Origin: Lingula anatina
Lineage: Eukaryota > Animalia > Brachiopoda
DNA: 64,000 nucleotides
Direction of reading: 5' to 3'
NCBI GenBank assembly: GCA_051362555.1
Contig: CM120646.1
Location: 16,864,001 to 16,928,000, forward strand
Shown: positions 47,090-62,700 of the stretch, in pieces
Numbering within the stretch: position 1 is the first letter of the stretch
Layout: every line of letters starts with the position of its first letter
Notes under the pieces: generated by a model
Seen by the model: only the letters and a program-made list of their open reading frames with translations
The model's database searches: none
What the model was told of the DNA's origin: nothing
Position numbers and translations under genes: made by a program

Positions 47090-49869
47090 CTGTAAAAATA
47101 GAATTAAAACGTTATTTATTGATTAAATGTTCATTAGTAAATCTAACATCTTCCTCAACCAACTGTAGTCATTTAAATCTGAAAAACAAATTCACACGTA
47201 AAATTTCTTTCCTTAAGTACAACCTTTTTCCCTACAGTCTCTCTCACAACTCTCTCTCTCTCTCCATAAAAAAAAACATGCTTTCACTGCCTTACTTCCT
47301 AAAACATAAAAGAAGAATATTGTGTCTGTCACTTGTTGTCTTTTGTTTCAACATGCAAACAAATGCCTGTGGTAACAATGACTTCCTATAATAATACATA
47401 TCCTTCAACCATCCACATTCCCGAGTAGTAACCGCTGGGTTATAATGGCACAGTGGAATGCTATAATACATTTATCCTATTACTATCTTGAGAAAATCAT
47501 TAATCTTCGGTCCTACTCATCATGTTGCTCTATACTGTTTGTGTTTACTTTATCCAGCAATGACATATTGCACTATTTGGGATATATAATATATCCAATG
47601 GACAAAATAATTCCTTTTGTTCTTTTACCTTAAAAGACTTAATATTCTCATGTTGAAAAATACAGCTTATTGTTTATGATAATGCATAGGTAATCAGGAG
47701 TCCACTTTTTCTCTTCATCATACACTTTTATAAAAGATCAGTTTATTTTGAACACTAAAATACTAAAATCTAATGGCAACACAGAAAAATCTTTCTTAAT
47801 CCGTGAACATTAAATGCTTAGCCTTATCATTAACTGGCTACACACTGCAAAACACATGAGCAACTGTGTTACACATTTTTCCTTCACCTGCACAAATACT
47901 ATAGGTCATCTTTATTAAAGTACCTGTATCTCTGTCTTAAAAATACCTGCCTAGTGGCAAAATATTTCTGAATACATGCATGTAAAAAACGGACAACCTT
48001 CTAAAACAACATTCTTGGTCAAGTACCCTTTGGCATTACACCTAAAACTGTTGTGTAGTCCAGTATACACTGCTGTTTGGCAAGTTGCCATCTTGTAGTA
48101 GTTCTTAATGGTGCTAATTCTTTCATACCTACAGTTACATTTACGGCAGTATTTTAGTGCTTTAACTTTATGAAGCACTTAACAATAAGTTAAGTTTTAT
48201 TTAGTAATTAACAAACAAAAATTCCAGACACTATCTGCTCTTCAAGATAGATTTGAAGTTCAATTCTGAACTGCTGCGAACTATGTAATCTATGAAGAAC
48301 CATGTCTTAATCTTATAATTCAGGCAAACATTTCTCTTATCAATGTTTATAAAAGGTTTTCTTTTGAAATTGCCAAAAATTACATGAAATTACCCCATCA
48401 CCAGAACTTTTCCTATTATGTTTATATCTCATATTATTTTCCTTTGATGTTAAAATTAACTACACACAATGAAAATATCTTACAACAGTTCACCTAAAAA
48501 TCCTCTTCCAAAAATAATCCAGCAAAAAAATCACCAAACTCACAACCAATCTTTTTTAGGCTTGTCTGCTCTTCTTGCCACAGGTCTAAATGTCATCAAT
48601 GGTCAAAATGGTGGTAAAAACCACGGACTGTTAGTACCTATAACCCATAAAAGTTGAAAGCTGCCCAATTAAAGAGAACCAAGCCTGCGGCTTCATGGTT
48701 GGAGGATGGAGAGGAAAATAAACCACAGTTATTTATTTGGCTGGAGCACTAGGTTTGCCAGCAGTGCAAATATTTAGATGACTTTATGAGAGGAACTAAT
48801 TTGGACATCACAATTACAGATGTTCAGGAGATGATTGGAATCTAACATGCAGACCCCTTTCCTTCCCTCCTACTAAGACCTTCTTCTAAGACCTTAAAAT
48901 ATAGAGTTCAGAGATGATAAATGATTTTTTGAAAAAAAATATCTCTATATTATCTCAGTGTATGTAATTAAGAACTTGAGAACGAGATATATGCATGCAC
49001 ATGTACACACACACACACACAGCTACTTAGAAATAAAACAAATGTTGGAAATAATTTTAAATACTGTCAAACAAATGAAAACAGTGACATGATAGTGAGT
49101 GATCTAAAAAAATGAAAAATGCACACACCTTCCACAATGTATACTGCATGATAAGAAAAACCCATTCCACACACAGCATCTAAAGCTGATAGTTATTACA
49201 GATATACCCCCTCCCCTCTCCCCATGCATGACACTGATAACAATGTAATATAAAGACAACTAAAACTTTTGACTTTCCTGTAGACATAGGCCCTCAAGAG
49301 CAAAACAAAGAACAAATATTTGAGTTGGTGTTACTCCTCCATGACATAAATTCCAGTCATTCTTTTTTTCAACTCTTCAGTCTTAGAAATCAGGAGAAAA
49401 GAACATGTGACATAGGGGACTCCAAACTGGCTACTCTAACACCACCCTGGCATTGGGTATAATACATAAAACATTAAAATGATATGGAGATCTACACTGA
49501 ACAGACAGGACAAAACAACTATACATTCAAATCCAAACCACAGTCAAATTTGCAGACAACTATTTATCATCTGATATAAAATCAAGATGGATATATTAGT
49601 TTATAGTGTACTACACTTGCTGCATTATCTTTTCCCTTAATTCTTTTAATTCACTTACTGGTAAACCAATCATTATTTTAGTAGTCAAATAAAGATAAAT
49701 TTGCAGAACAAACTGAATTAAGTAATGCATTTAGTGACAGTGAAGATTTTCCTTTGAGGTGGTGATTTCGATATCATAATATTAGACTAAAAATATACAA
49801 GGCAGATGTACAGAAATATGAAATATCATCAAGTTTATAGAAATAAATCAACATTATACAAATACCAAC

Positions 49870-50011
49870 CTATGTCTGTCAGATCCTCGCAGGAAACCAT
49901 GGCAAACACGCGTGCGTTCCCGCACTTCCCTGTCCACAACTTGGCACAAGAACTGCCACCATTGAGAGAGAGGGTGGAGTGAAAGAACCCCTGATACCTT
50001 AGGTTATTCAT
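49870..50011 (-). CDS. candidate alternative first coding exon of TANC
   Basis: GC-richer island with ATG-initiated 47 codons (MNNLRYQG...CEDLTDI) ending G|gttggt in phase 1, compatible with the 47089 acceptor. No homology support. Confidence 0.3.
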
Positions 50012-53000
50012 ATTGGCACACCGCAGCACAGTGGGAAATTTTTACAAAATATTATCAAAATATACACTATAAGTATTTAGACTGCCACTAGTGGCTTCAT
50101 CCTCAGAATGTTTGAACTGTTTCTGGCTGTCCCTTATACACAAGTAATGAGAGTACTCGAGTAGGCACAAGTTACGGCAAATTACCAGACCAGTGGCACT
50201 TCTATAAGATGATAATGAAGAGATCAAAATATACAATTTCATGCGTCCCTCATCAGGTGGTGGAAGTGATTTCTAATTTAGGATTATTGCCTGTTTATGT
50301 TGCTCATCTGATAGACTACATAAACAAGGAATATTAGGGAGCTCAATGGCAGGTTATGATATTGTCTGTCTCTCTCTGTAGGTTCTGTTCAGCTGTAAAA
50401 ACTCCTATTTTTCAGGTGTGAAATATATGCTATGCCAGGAAGACATACCAAGATATTCACCATGGATGAAATCAGATACTGTGAAACCAGTGATTTTTTA
50501 TGCCGTCCATTTGCTACTCCAGTAAATGTCTGATAAAACGGATCCCATTTTTTCCAATATGGTGATCAATTTTTCATATCCATATATGATATAAGGCTGT
50601 TCCAGAATTTTGAGATAATTTCTCTATTTCATGCCTGATCCATGATCTGAATGGCATAACATTCACAGAATTATAAATGATCCATAAATTTAGTGATATC
50701 TGCATCACACATGAACATCCCAATGAGCATTCCAATCTCCAACTGTCAGCTTATTTCTCAACAAGAAAATGTCTGCTCTGCTTCTGTTATCTTCAGAATG
50801 TTTACACCATGTATCTTAACGGAAGTCTTCATTTACACTGATATACCTAAACCTTCAAATCAGCTTGTTCAAACACATGCAAAACATATTCCAGCTATAT
50901 CTTCAAGCAAAAAAACGAACTACTTTCCACGTCCTCCCAAGTATTTTCTCTCAAATGCCTGCTTTGTGAAAGACAGAACAGTATTTTACAAAAATATACG
51001 CTTTGGCATTAATTGGATAGCATCAATGAAACATGCAAAAAAAAAATTGCAGATCCTTCCATGAAAATAAACCCACTAAATTTTTTGGATGCAGGAATCT
51101 AGACGTCATAAAATAACACCTTTTTCTCCTTATCTAGTCCTAAAGTTTGATAAGGCCTCTTAAATATTGCTCTTCCCCTCAAGCTGAAGGGGAATGTGCC
51201 TGGTAAATATGTGCATTCATTTGGATAAACAGACACAATTTCAACAGACTTAATTCTTGAGATGAAACAAAACTGAAGATAATAAATGCCAAGTCATATA
51301 TTAGACTCCTTTTGCAGCCAACGCATCAAACCATTGTTCCACAGTGAATTTCAGTCCTTCCTGGGATTACATTCCTCCATTTTCTTCTTTTCTACTTGAG
51401 AAATATACCTAGACCTGCCATGAAAGTCTATAAAATGCCCTATCAACACAGTTAACTTTGTCCCAGGTCCAATCTTATGCCACTTCCCCTGCTGTTACAC
51501 CAACCAAGAAACCATGCAAATTACTTCTCAGCTGTCAAAAACCAGAAGTTTCAAACTTTCCACATCAATGATATAAGTCAGTGAGAATTATTGTTCTGCT
51601 GAGATGAAAAAAAAAGTATATTAAAACTCCATTGACAACCAAGAATGTTAAAATGTCACTGTGCACAAGTCTGGGTGGAGGACATGTGATTCCAGACTAG
51701 GAGTTAGTGTGCTTTAGCTATTTATTTATCTGTCAGTTTGTTTGTTTTTTTGACAGTCTTTCTCATTATCATCCTGAAACACCTTGATTAACAAGTCTCT
51801 GTCTATCATCTTTCTATTCAATGGTAGAACAAGAGCGAGCACACAATCCAAAGAGTAATTTCACTAACTATCCATAACCTGAAGTCACAGTCTTTTCAAA
51901 GGTGGGCTAAATGTATAGCACCAGCATGGATAAATATTAAGTCATGATTTTTCTACCAATTTTCAGTTTCATCCACAGGTTTGAAACGGAGTCAAACAGT
52001 GAGGACATTTACCACATATTATCAATACAAAATTTCACTGTCAGAATCCCATAAAGCACTATCCACGTTCTCCTTTACATGTTATTTACTCAGGGGCCCT
52101 TGGAATGGATAACTAATCCAAACACCCACAGTAAGGTATCCTGTGGTTATAACTCTCCAGGGCTGCAAGGCAGAGCTCCGGTTCTGCGCCCTCTAATAAT
52201 GCTTCAGGTGTGACAGAACTGGTAAAAGAAATCTCAAAACAATGTTGGCCCAGTTCCCGAAGAGCTTGTCTGTCATCAATCTTTGAATGCAATTCTTACA
52301 ACCACCTCCTCAGCTTCGGGGTGGAGAGATTTGACGCTGATGGGATGACATGTGTATTCAGGTAAACAGTCTCAACATCTAGTTAGTGTACACAAATTTT
52401 GTAGTCTTTTCTCTTGAATGGGTAGCAGAGTTGATCTTTCGTAAAAACTTGAGTATATTTAAACATGTCTTCTTTCAAATGTAGTGCTTCATTCTGCTCT
52501 GATTAATTGACAAATCACACAGTAAGGGAATCTTTGAGCAAAATAGCTGGAAGAAGTACAAATTCCTTGTTGAATGTAACCATACCTGTGCAAGCAATAA
52601 CAATGATCTAACTGCTATACAATAAAATTCCCACAAGATGACTAATATTCCCCTTTCAGTTTATAATTCCTGGTATTCAGGTGACTTCCTAGCAAAAGAC
52701 TACAAATCTTTCAGTAAAAAGAAAATGTAACTGCATTTAAAAATGAATTAGCTCATCTCAAACTTCACAATCCATTATCCATTTCAATCTCTGTTATTTC
52801 TTTCAATCTCTGAATTTCCACCTCTATATGTACACACTCCGTATTCGTTAATCCTTCCAAGCTGACCTTATAATCCAAATGTCGTAATCTTTCATGGGTA
52901 AATAGTCCTTAATGCATGGTATGCCTCCCATCTGCTCTATCTGAAAGTTTTATTATAATTCAAGGTTCCATATAAAGGCAATCTGACCAGTAATAATGTC

Positions 53001-56000
53001 CATAAGAGTCAATGAGGTCTAGTTTCACTCAAAACACAGTGTGTATCCTATCTTTGGAATATTCCTTGTATATAGAAAAGGGATTTTTTGTTCTGTTATT
53101 AACCGCCAGATCACATTCTTAGACTACGGTTGTCCTTTATTTATTCATTTATTTATTTTTTACTTTCAACAGCCATAAAATGTGGAAATGGTCTACTTGA
53201 AACAGTGCTGTAGAAATTTTCAGTTTCAAAATCTATCAACCTGCAATTGTGGCACAGCATTATAAAAATCTGAACATCTTTCTTCCTTCAATTATCTCAG
53301 CATCAGTCTTGTGCAGGTAAATGAATGGCATCACATAAATAAACATCCAAGGTGCCAAAATTTCTGACCAATTTCCATATGTCACCGTGCCATACTGTAC
53401 TATGTGACTGATAACGTGAGCTCAGTTTCAACCACACCAGTCTACCACCATGCGTACCAGTGAGAGTAAGACGGTGCAATATCACACCTCAAGGTGCCAA
53501 TAATATCCACACAATATCCTCCGTAGCTGATAACTCGGTGTCTCCGTATACACAGTACCATGCAATGAACGAGCACACCTGATTAAGAAGGAATGTGAAC
53601 GCCTGATTAAAACCTTCCTCCTCTCATGTATGCATGCTCTTTTTGATAACGTGCTTCCTCACTTTCGTTAAGTCATCGCTTGAAATTCTATTAGATAACA
53701 CCATTCCACTAGTTAAATATCCATGCATATTCAATTCATTGCCCTTTTGCTCTCATGAAGTCATCACGATGAAGGCACCTTAGAAGACAACACTGCTCTC
53801 TTCTTGTGAAACTAGTCTTTATATCAGTGTACGCCCCTGGTTTAATTAAGTCATCACCTGTGATCCTATAAGACAGCAAATCTCCTATGCCCTATAAGAA
53901 TGGATTTGCATTTACATTAGTTCCTTAATAAATGGGTTCTAATATGATGTGCTATACTGTAGCAGATGGCTAACAAGCTCACAAACAAGGCAGTATGGTA
54001 GCAGTGCCTCCTATGTGTGATGTTTACTGACAATTCACAATGCCCATCAATGGGAGGCACTGGTTATAATAAAGCTCAATACCTCCCTGAAGTATAATGG
54101 ACTTAACTAGAATGATGAAAGAGTTCACTGGTCCTTTACACAGGGAACAGGCCCTCATGACACAGGGAATAGTGTTAACCTTACACTGAGGATGTTCTGA
54201 GCATTCAGTTTATCTTCTGGCCATGACAGAACTTGGTGACGCTCCTCCGTGTACAATATATCACTTTGTGCCCTCTTTGCAAACAGCGTGGGTTTGACAC
54301 ACAAAGTTACAGTGTTCTTACTTGTGACTTGCGCAAGGTCTTAAATCATGCACGCTTCACACAGAGTTATGTTGTATTTTTAGAATCTCCTTGTTTAATA
54401 ACATGTGGTACCTCTGTCAATCAAATCATTGCCATAGCAACGAAGGAAAATTGTGCCACTCATGATATGCTGAAAAAGTAATCCAATCTGAAAAGTAAAT
54501 TGTATCTATCTTATTAGACACAGAGTAGCTAGTCTTGAAATTTAGCAATCGCAAACTGAAGTAATATCCACTGTGACAGAATGCACATCATTGCAGAAGA
54601 CCACTGTTTCAGTACAACTATCCTCCTGACAAAATTACAGTAAAATCCCGCTCTTCAAAGTCAATGCCATTGTAAACAAGCTGTCAATTACAAAACTTTG
54701 TCAGCAGGGAAAACTGCAGTGAATGTTTGACACCGATTACAAGCACAATAGAACAAGCAGTTCCATTTAGAATGGCACTGCAGAGATGGTCATAAATGCT
54801 TGTCATTCGCTGGTCAAATCAGCAGATGTCCTCTGATATCCTAAATGACCAGAGTACATCTGTTTTTCACATCGAGAAGGGTTCAATTAGCCTGATAACA
54901 TCATAAAACACCTTCTAATGGGCCAGCTAACACTGTCGTGAAGGTCACTTCTGCTTGCCTACGTAGATATTAATTCTCACGATGGCAGTTTAATTATCGA
55001 TTTGAATTGTGAGAAAATACTTGTCAAAAGTAGAGATGACCATACTTTTAATGATGCAGGTAAATTTGAATCACATCCTTTGAAAAATAAATTATAATGA
55101 TGTGTTGAAAAAAACTGCTCCTGCTACAAATCCATGGTTTCAGAAAATCCTCAACAAAGTCCCATATTTCAGGTACAATGCTGGAAGGCAAAAAAAGTAA
55201 GATGGCCTTTCTAAATGCCCTTACTAACAAATTGCCTCACTGGTCTTTAAGTTAACTGGTCTTTTGATGTAGCAGACCAGTTTCCAATAATCATCAGTCC
55301 AATCCCTATTTTATCATCTCCCTTGGCATATGCTTCCTGTTTCTCTTGTGTCCAGTTTCACCTGTCTAACCAATGTGCAGATGCTTGAGAAAATAACTAC
55401 GCTGCAATTATCATTGGTCTAAATGTCTTTCTTCTTTAAATCATCCAAAGAAAGCACTTTCTGCTTATCTTCATGCATGCAGGTTCACACTGCACCAACT
55501 TGTTGCAGACGTCCAGACAACGAGAGGTTCTTTTTGTACAGCAAGTTTTTTTTTTCGTGACACATGTGCTGATACCCCAGTAAATTAGTACCCTGTAATG
55601 TTACCCTTTGCAGCCCTTTGACCTCTTTGTTTCTCCCCTACACTGAATCACACTGTGTAATCTAGGCAAAAAATCTCCATTACTCCTTCTTCCTTCAGAG
55701 TACTTGACTTGTTAATATTCACCACTGATCCAATCTGGTGGACGTATGCACAATAACAGGCCCAGACCTCAGAGAAATGTTCTTTGAATTGTGAGACCAA
55801 TACCATTACACTCCCCTCCTCTCGTAGTCTGCTGTACAAGTGACTGTGCGTTTTTTCCTTCTCCACATAAAATAACATTGAACCATATATTACTACCCCC
55901 TCAAAACACAACTGATGTCAGGAATGAATTCGCCAAGGTGAATCTCGTTATATTTCATAACAGATTCAATCTGGTGGAGGTTTCCACATCGATACCCATG

Positions 56001-59000
56001 TCTCTGAAGTTTACAGAATTAACAAAAGTAACAGTGAGACCCCAGCCCTAACTCACTGCAGGCCACTTACTTTTATTACTATTATCATCAAATCTGGTCT
56101 GAACAAATAGATGTGCCACATTAACTAGTGCCACTGATGGGCAGTCCCCACCCAATAGAGAACTGCAAAGAATAAATCTCTTAAAGCACATAGTCTAGTC
56201 TAGAACAGTGCGGGCGTATCTGATATCGACTGCGATTTACTGTTCTTAGATTAAGTAGCCAGGAACGTCTGAAACCTGCATGATTTCTTTCCAATTAACA
56301 ATAATGCTCAGATAAATTAATGCCTGCAGTGCCATATTGCACTGTCCAATTTCTTTTTAATTAATGATAAAGCTCAGTTAAATCAATATTTGCTACAGTT
56401 GAATTGCACTGAAAACTTGCAGGTAACACAGGTTTGTGCCCAATCAATTAGCTACATATTTGTTCTTCTCAGTTCTTTATCAGTTTATGCTTAAACCAAC
56501 TTTGGAACAAAATTCCTAATTAAAACTACATCTGCTTTTACTTGATTTACCTGCAGGGCTAAATTAAAATCCTAATCAAAATCTGTTTCGATTTTTGTCT
56601 GTACTCAAGGCTTTACCTGCACATTTCATTATGTATATCTCCAATCATTTGAAATTAAATTAATAAAATTTTTTCTTTATAATTCTTTTTCAATTTAGAT
56701 ATCAAGTGTGCATTATCAAAGCCCTTTTATCCATCTTGAATGGTAAAAATATACAATATTACAGTAGTTGTAGACAATTGTTCACAAGCTTTCTAGTCTA
56801 CAACTGGGAGGTGACCATGCATCAGCTGCTGCTGGTAGCATCCCTGCATCTGTCATCTTGAACCGATAGAGCCAGAAATTGATTTTAATCCAATTTTCGG
56901 TGAAAAACAAAGTGGAAGAGAAAACTTTCCCACGTTCAAACTAGCTGCTTTCGACCTCCATAGCATCTGTATCTTATTGTCTATAATAAGATAAATCCCT
57001 TTCCTTCAGATTCTTGGCCCATGTTTTCCTGTAGTTTTCTCACTAGTTGTCATATCCAATTTCACAGTGTGGATAAATCAAAAAGTGTTGTTTTGAAAAG
57101 TCAACATGGCATTTTAAGAACAGCCATTGTTTAAATATCATTGTGAAATAGGATAAGTGTTATTGAAAAAAAAAAGCATTAATGCCTGATATTAAATTTA
57201 AACCAAAAAATGCATGCAGTTTACATTAAGGAAAATATTCAAAATATGAAACAATACAACTGCAAATTGTAGCAATGTTTCCTCAATCCACAGCTTAATA
57301 CTTTTTGATGCTGAAAAGTATTTTTTTAAATCAAAAATGGTATCTACTGTTTTTTTCCTAATATGTTGTATCCCTAACATCTTCCTTAATTTACACATAT
57401 TCTTATAGCAAGTCTTTACATCAGCAGTTACATAACTGTCTAGCATATATTCCACTGAACATTTCTAGGGTGGTTGGGACATCTTCAGGTGTTTAACATT
57501 AAGTTGCTGTCACCAGTAGGGACACCAATGACAGCCTCGCTACAGCAGTGTCACCAAAAGTGACACTTGAACTGGCTGTGTCTTCTCTACTGTCATGAGG
57601 GCTGTCACCTGACACAGAAACGGGGTCTGCCATGTCTCCCGTGATTTAAGACATTAACGAATCCCTTTTCCTGTCTGCTTCCAAATTTAACAATGAAAGT
57701 GGTTTCAAGCTTGGAAAATTACAACAATTTCTTTTAAAACATATTCTATTAGAAATTAAAAAGATGCAATCGATGCATTTCTTTATTCTCTCACACAGAC
57801 TAGACAGGATGAACTTAATCTTTGGTTCTGAAACAGGAATGTACCAAGAAGTCTGGTATGCAAACAGAAACAGACTTCTACAATATTTTTTGTTCCCCAT
57901 CTAACCTGATGAACTCTTTAAGCTTAATCTGATGTTACACGGCTGCTTGAAGGAATTACGATTAAGGAGTTAATACCCATACTTGTGTTACTGTTAGTTA
58001 CAGTCATGTGCCCGCCTTTGAAATGGAATCTTTTTTCAAATGGTTTAATAGCCTTGGAGTGTTTACACAGGGTCTTTGTTAAGGGTTTTTTATTCTCATT
58101 GTTTAACAATTGAGTCAGAATTTGAGTACATTTTAAAACAAATTAAGATATAGTGTTAAACCATATAGACTTGTTTCACTCCTCTAGAAATGAAATTCTC
58201 CAAAAAAGCAAACATTTTATCTTTCTCTTTTAAACTTTTCTTTGAATCAGAGGCATTTTCCCCCTCTTTCATTTCTCAAACTTAAACTATTTTTTAAAAC
58301 CAAAATATCTCTCTTTTATTAAAATAATAACTGACTTAGATCTTTCATTCCGTCACTTCATAAATCAAATTGCTTTCTTGATGAAGGAATCCTAGAAATG
58401 TTCTCATAAAGGGCACCCAGCTGGCCACAACAAATGTCCACTTTCTCATGGCTCTTTTCAACTATGGACTTTTTTCCCATGACATATCACACTTCAGTGT
58501 TACCTTCAGTACAAAGTAGCAAACATCATATGGCATCTCCAACAATCTGACTTATTAAACCCCACATTTCAAATTTCCCAAAGATCATAACTGTGACAGT
58601 ACAATGGCTTGTTTGCTCTTCAAGTTGGCATGGTAAAATTTAATTTATGGCAATCTATAAAAGTGCAATGAGTCAATCATGCAAATAGCTCTCTAAAAGA
58701 AAAAAAACCCAGCCCTTGCATTTTTTCACTACTGCATTCTTGTCATGATACTTGTCAGCTTTTTTGAAGGACAAGTTTGAATATGTATATTCAGACAGAC
58801 TAGCAAACTGGTAATGTAAAATGAATCAGATTTTAGGACAAGCGTATGTAGAGAGCAAACATCTCAGGTTGGATACTTCAGAAATGGGAGGAATAAATGG
58901 ACTAAAAATAACACCGGAGGCTGTCCCCGTGACAGTTGCACTATCTACAGGAAGCAACTATATGTATTCATTTGCATCAAGTGTTTTGGTGACCAGAATG

Positions 59001-59679
59001 GTTATTTGCAAATTATAAAAAAAGTGTAAGATTTTATATACATTCAACTTATGATATAAATTAAGACAGATATTCAGTGAAGGCAGAGAAATATTTTCTC
59101 TTGGCATAGGTACAAAACAAAGAAAAAACTATTTCAAACAAGGTCTTTTAGAATCTCCTTTAACTTATACTAATCAAATGGGGGAGGGGGGGTGGACAGG
59201 GTCATTCTTCCTGCCACAAAATTAGTCTTCAACATCCAATTTAGGATCCACTGACAATTGACACTGTGGTAAGGGACCACAGCATTCCTTTTACACATTA
59301 CAGGTGTTTTATGGCCCTTAAAAAGGCTCCCGTCACCTGGTAACCCTGATACTATTAGCATGCTCTGATAATTGCTACATTATAATCTGTGGCTGACTTG
59401 GTTTCATATGGCAAGGTGCAGTGTTTGTTGTTCCAAGTTGAAGTTGTTTGTTTGCAACAATTTTTTTTTATGGAAATGGTACACCATTTGTCTACTATGT
59501 ACTTCAAGAACATCCACAAACCTTATATCCATATGGATATCACTTTTATTAAAATGACAGCAGCTTTAAAAAATTAATATCTTTTGAAGCTCCAAAATTA
59601 CCAAGACTTCAAAAAATATTCTAAAATACGTCATTATACCATAAATTCCATATAAGCAACGTAGAAAGTCTGCAGGAAA

Positions 59680-59703
59680 GGGGGGGGGGGGGGGGGGGGG
59701 GGG
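59680..59703. repeat. poly(G) tract
   Basis: Direct reading. Confidence 0.9.
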
Positions 59704-62700
59704 CTAAATCATGGCCCAGTAGCAGCAGTATTAAAAATCCATATAATAAAAAATTTAGTGGAGTTACCACAGTTAGAGAATGTTACACCCTGCAGGGCAG
59801 GTACATCTAGACACCATATTGTTGTGAAAAGTATGTGTGCCCTGTCTGTGACCATTGAATCAATATGTTCTTTATCAAGGCTAACACGAACAGCTCAAGA
59901 GTACTGCGAGGACTTGGGCACTATTTTCTCCTGGGAGAATGTCTAAACCGAAGGTGAGGTTTGAATATTTTATGATTTTTGTTGTAATGGGTTTACACCT
60001 GAAAGGGAATAATTACTGAGAGAATGATAAAGAAAGATACAGAAAAGTCATTAAGGGAAAGGGATCCCAATTGAAAAATTTATGTGCCTTTTTTTCATAA
60101 ATGTAGAATGATAGGTATCTAGTGCTCCATAGACTAATTTATAAATTCTAATGCCTTTAAACCTAATTATGACAGCCAAATTCAATATGATAAAATTCCA
60201 AAACATACCATTTGTACTTATCATTTGTGCATCACTGAAAAAAACAAAAATTCGACAAAGCAGAAAATAATTAACTGCTTTCTCTCTTTTTTGCCCAAAA
60301 TAATCAAGAAGGACACATAATCATTTTCAACCACCATAGAAAAATTAGGATAAAAATAAAATCTGAAAACAACTAGCACTGTATTACACAGAGACCTTTG
60401 ACTGCTACACTGGGGTCATTGTGCAAATAACATATTGTTTAATGTGAGAATAAAGTCAAAGGTGGCTCTTACTATTGTTTTTTCCCTCAACAGTTCAGTA
60501 ATCCTTGCACGACTGGAATGTCAAACATGCAACAAAACATTGCAGGATAACTTTGTGTGCGGTCTTATGAAGTTACTGTATTGATGAACTCTTCTTCTGA
60601 GAAAGTTTATCACAATTGTGTTAGTTGAGCACAACACATTCTTTCACATCTGAAACACCTTTACTTGTCTTCAAGTCTACCAAAGGTACCAAAATGAGCT
60701 GCAATACCAGCACCCATGCAATGGATGCTGAAAACTAATCTAAGCAGTCAAAAATTACAATACACACACAATTCCATGCAAATATTTCATGTTAAAAAAG
60801 GTTGCACCTTATTCTTCTAAAATAATTTGCTCCTACATTTACACACATAATTCAGATTATCAGCTCTGATAAGGTAAGTTATTTCCTACGGTATTTTAAA
60901 TTACTACTTTTAATCCACTAATCCTGCACTCCACCCTCTAACTACAACTTGTAATATACCTCAAGCAACCACTAATCAGCTAGTATCAAACACCAGAGAA
61001 CCCAGTGACTCCATGTTTAGTGGTAAATGTCTAGTCAATCTCCAAAATGATTCACAGGGGTGTCTGGTCATAAAAGCTATGTGTATTACACTTGTAATAG
61101 GGATGTTAACAGCAATTCAGAAACAAAGGGGCAGAAAATTTGGGGCAACTATGGAGTTTTATATCAATCCGGAGGCTGCCAATAAAATTACTATTTTAAA
61201 AAAATCTGCCAACTGATGGAAATGTCTGTGACAACAGTAATAAAAAGGAATAAAGATTTTTGTGGGGCACCAACACATAACTTATGGGATATTTTTCTTG
61301 GTCTTTAACAACTAAAAAAAAATGTAGCAATATAATCAGATGCAGACAAAAATCCAATGAGCTGATGTAAAGAAAGCTTTACCAATTGCAATTCCAGCCA
61401 ATTTTACTTAGACAACTGACAGTAATCTAAAACTTCACCAAAACTCCAGAGCAGAAGCTTTTGGACGTGTTGCATAAAACAAATTTTCTTGCCCTTTGAC
61501 AATTTCACCGGTATTTGATGCAGTTGCAGCAGTTAAAAAGATTTAAACTGTACCTAAAAGATTCTCAAAACATTCAAAAGTTACTAGTACCTTCATTCTG
61601 CAGACAAGTTATAACAAACATCTTTCCTCACATTGAGTGTTCACTTCCACAGCGGATCATCATCATCTGAAATAAGTTCCCAACTTCCCACGTTCTTTGC
61701 TCTTGGTTTTACTGGCCTACTGCAACAGTTTACAAAGTCACACAAGAAGTTTTTATTTAAGTGAACTTCAGGTCATTCCTGCCTGGTGTCAGATATAAAC
61801 TACATGTATCATGTATTTTTTTGTTTTACTCATAACTCCTCCACTGTTCTTCTTCATCTGTTGAATTCCCACACAATTTATTGAGAAATTGAGAAATGTT
61901 CCAAAGATGCCACATTTGCCAATCTCTGTACGAATCTGGTCAATTTCTACTGCTACATTCAATCATTCATGAAGCTGTGTTTTTTTCAAGACATCCTTCC
62001 AACTAGAATGAGATTCTTCTCCTCATCGATGCCAATCCAAGCGATGTAATGATTCCAAAATGCAGTCAGAGGCTTAACCAGGCTTGCATACATTCTTTTT
62101 AACATCTTCTCCACAATACTCCCACATAAATGGCTGCTGCTCAAACTGGAATCAATGCTTCTCTTGCTGGGAACCAGTGTAAAACAAAGGCTTTCAAAAA
62201 CCTGTTTTCTCACCCTATTTTTATGATCCTATTTTATGTATTGTGGATGACAGCATAACATCAGGGCTCTCTGTCTGTTTTTTGGACAAATTAAACACTT
62301 TATTCCATCTAGTTAGCGTCAGGGTTGTTTACGCCGATGAGTTTTTCAGCATTACATCATGTTTTCTTATCTCTGCCAAATAACAAATGCTATTGTCATT
62401 GCCTCTCTCCCTTCCAGTTAGTAAAAAGCACACATCTTTGCCAAGAGCACCTGTAATGTTATCTCATACCATTTAATTGTCTCAGCTTAGATGACAGGAA
62501 GCCTATGAAGGGATAGCCCCTGTTTACTGAAGCTGTCACGGCCAGACAGATAAATAATTCGTAATGTTGGTTAAAACCACACAAGGGAGCTATTATAAAA
62601 CCACATTGGTATGCAACCCTCAGACTGTTACTGTAATACACCTTCCACTTTGACTGTGTTAATCTTCAGCAGCTGTATCTTTTTTTAACCCTAAGTACGA

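Noticed and set aside
52090-52300. GC-richer open stretch as a TANC exon
   Set aside because: Bounded by stops with no phase-compatible splice pair found.
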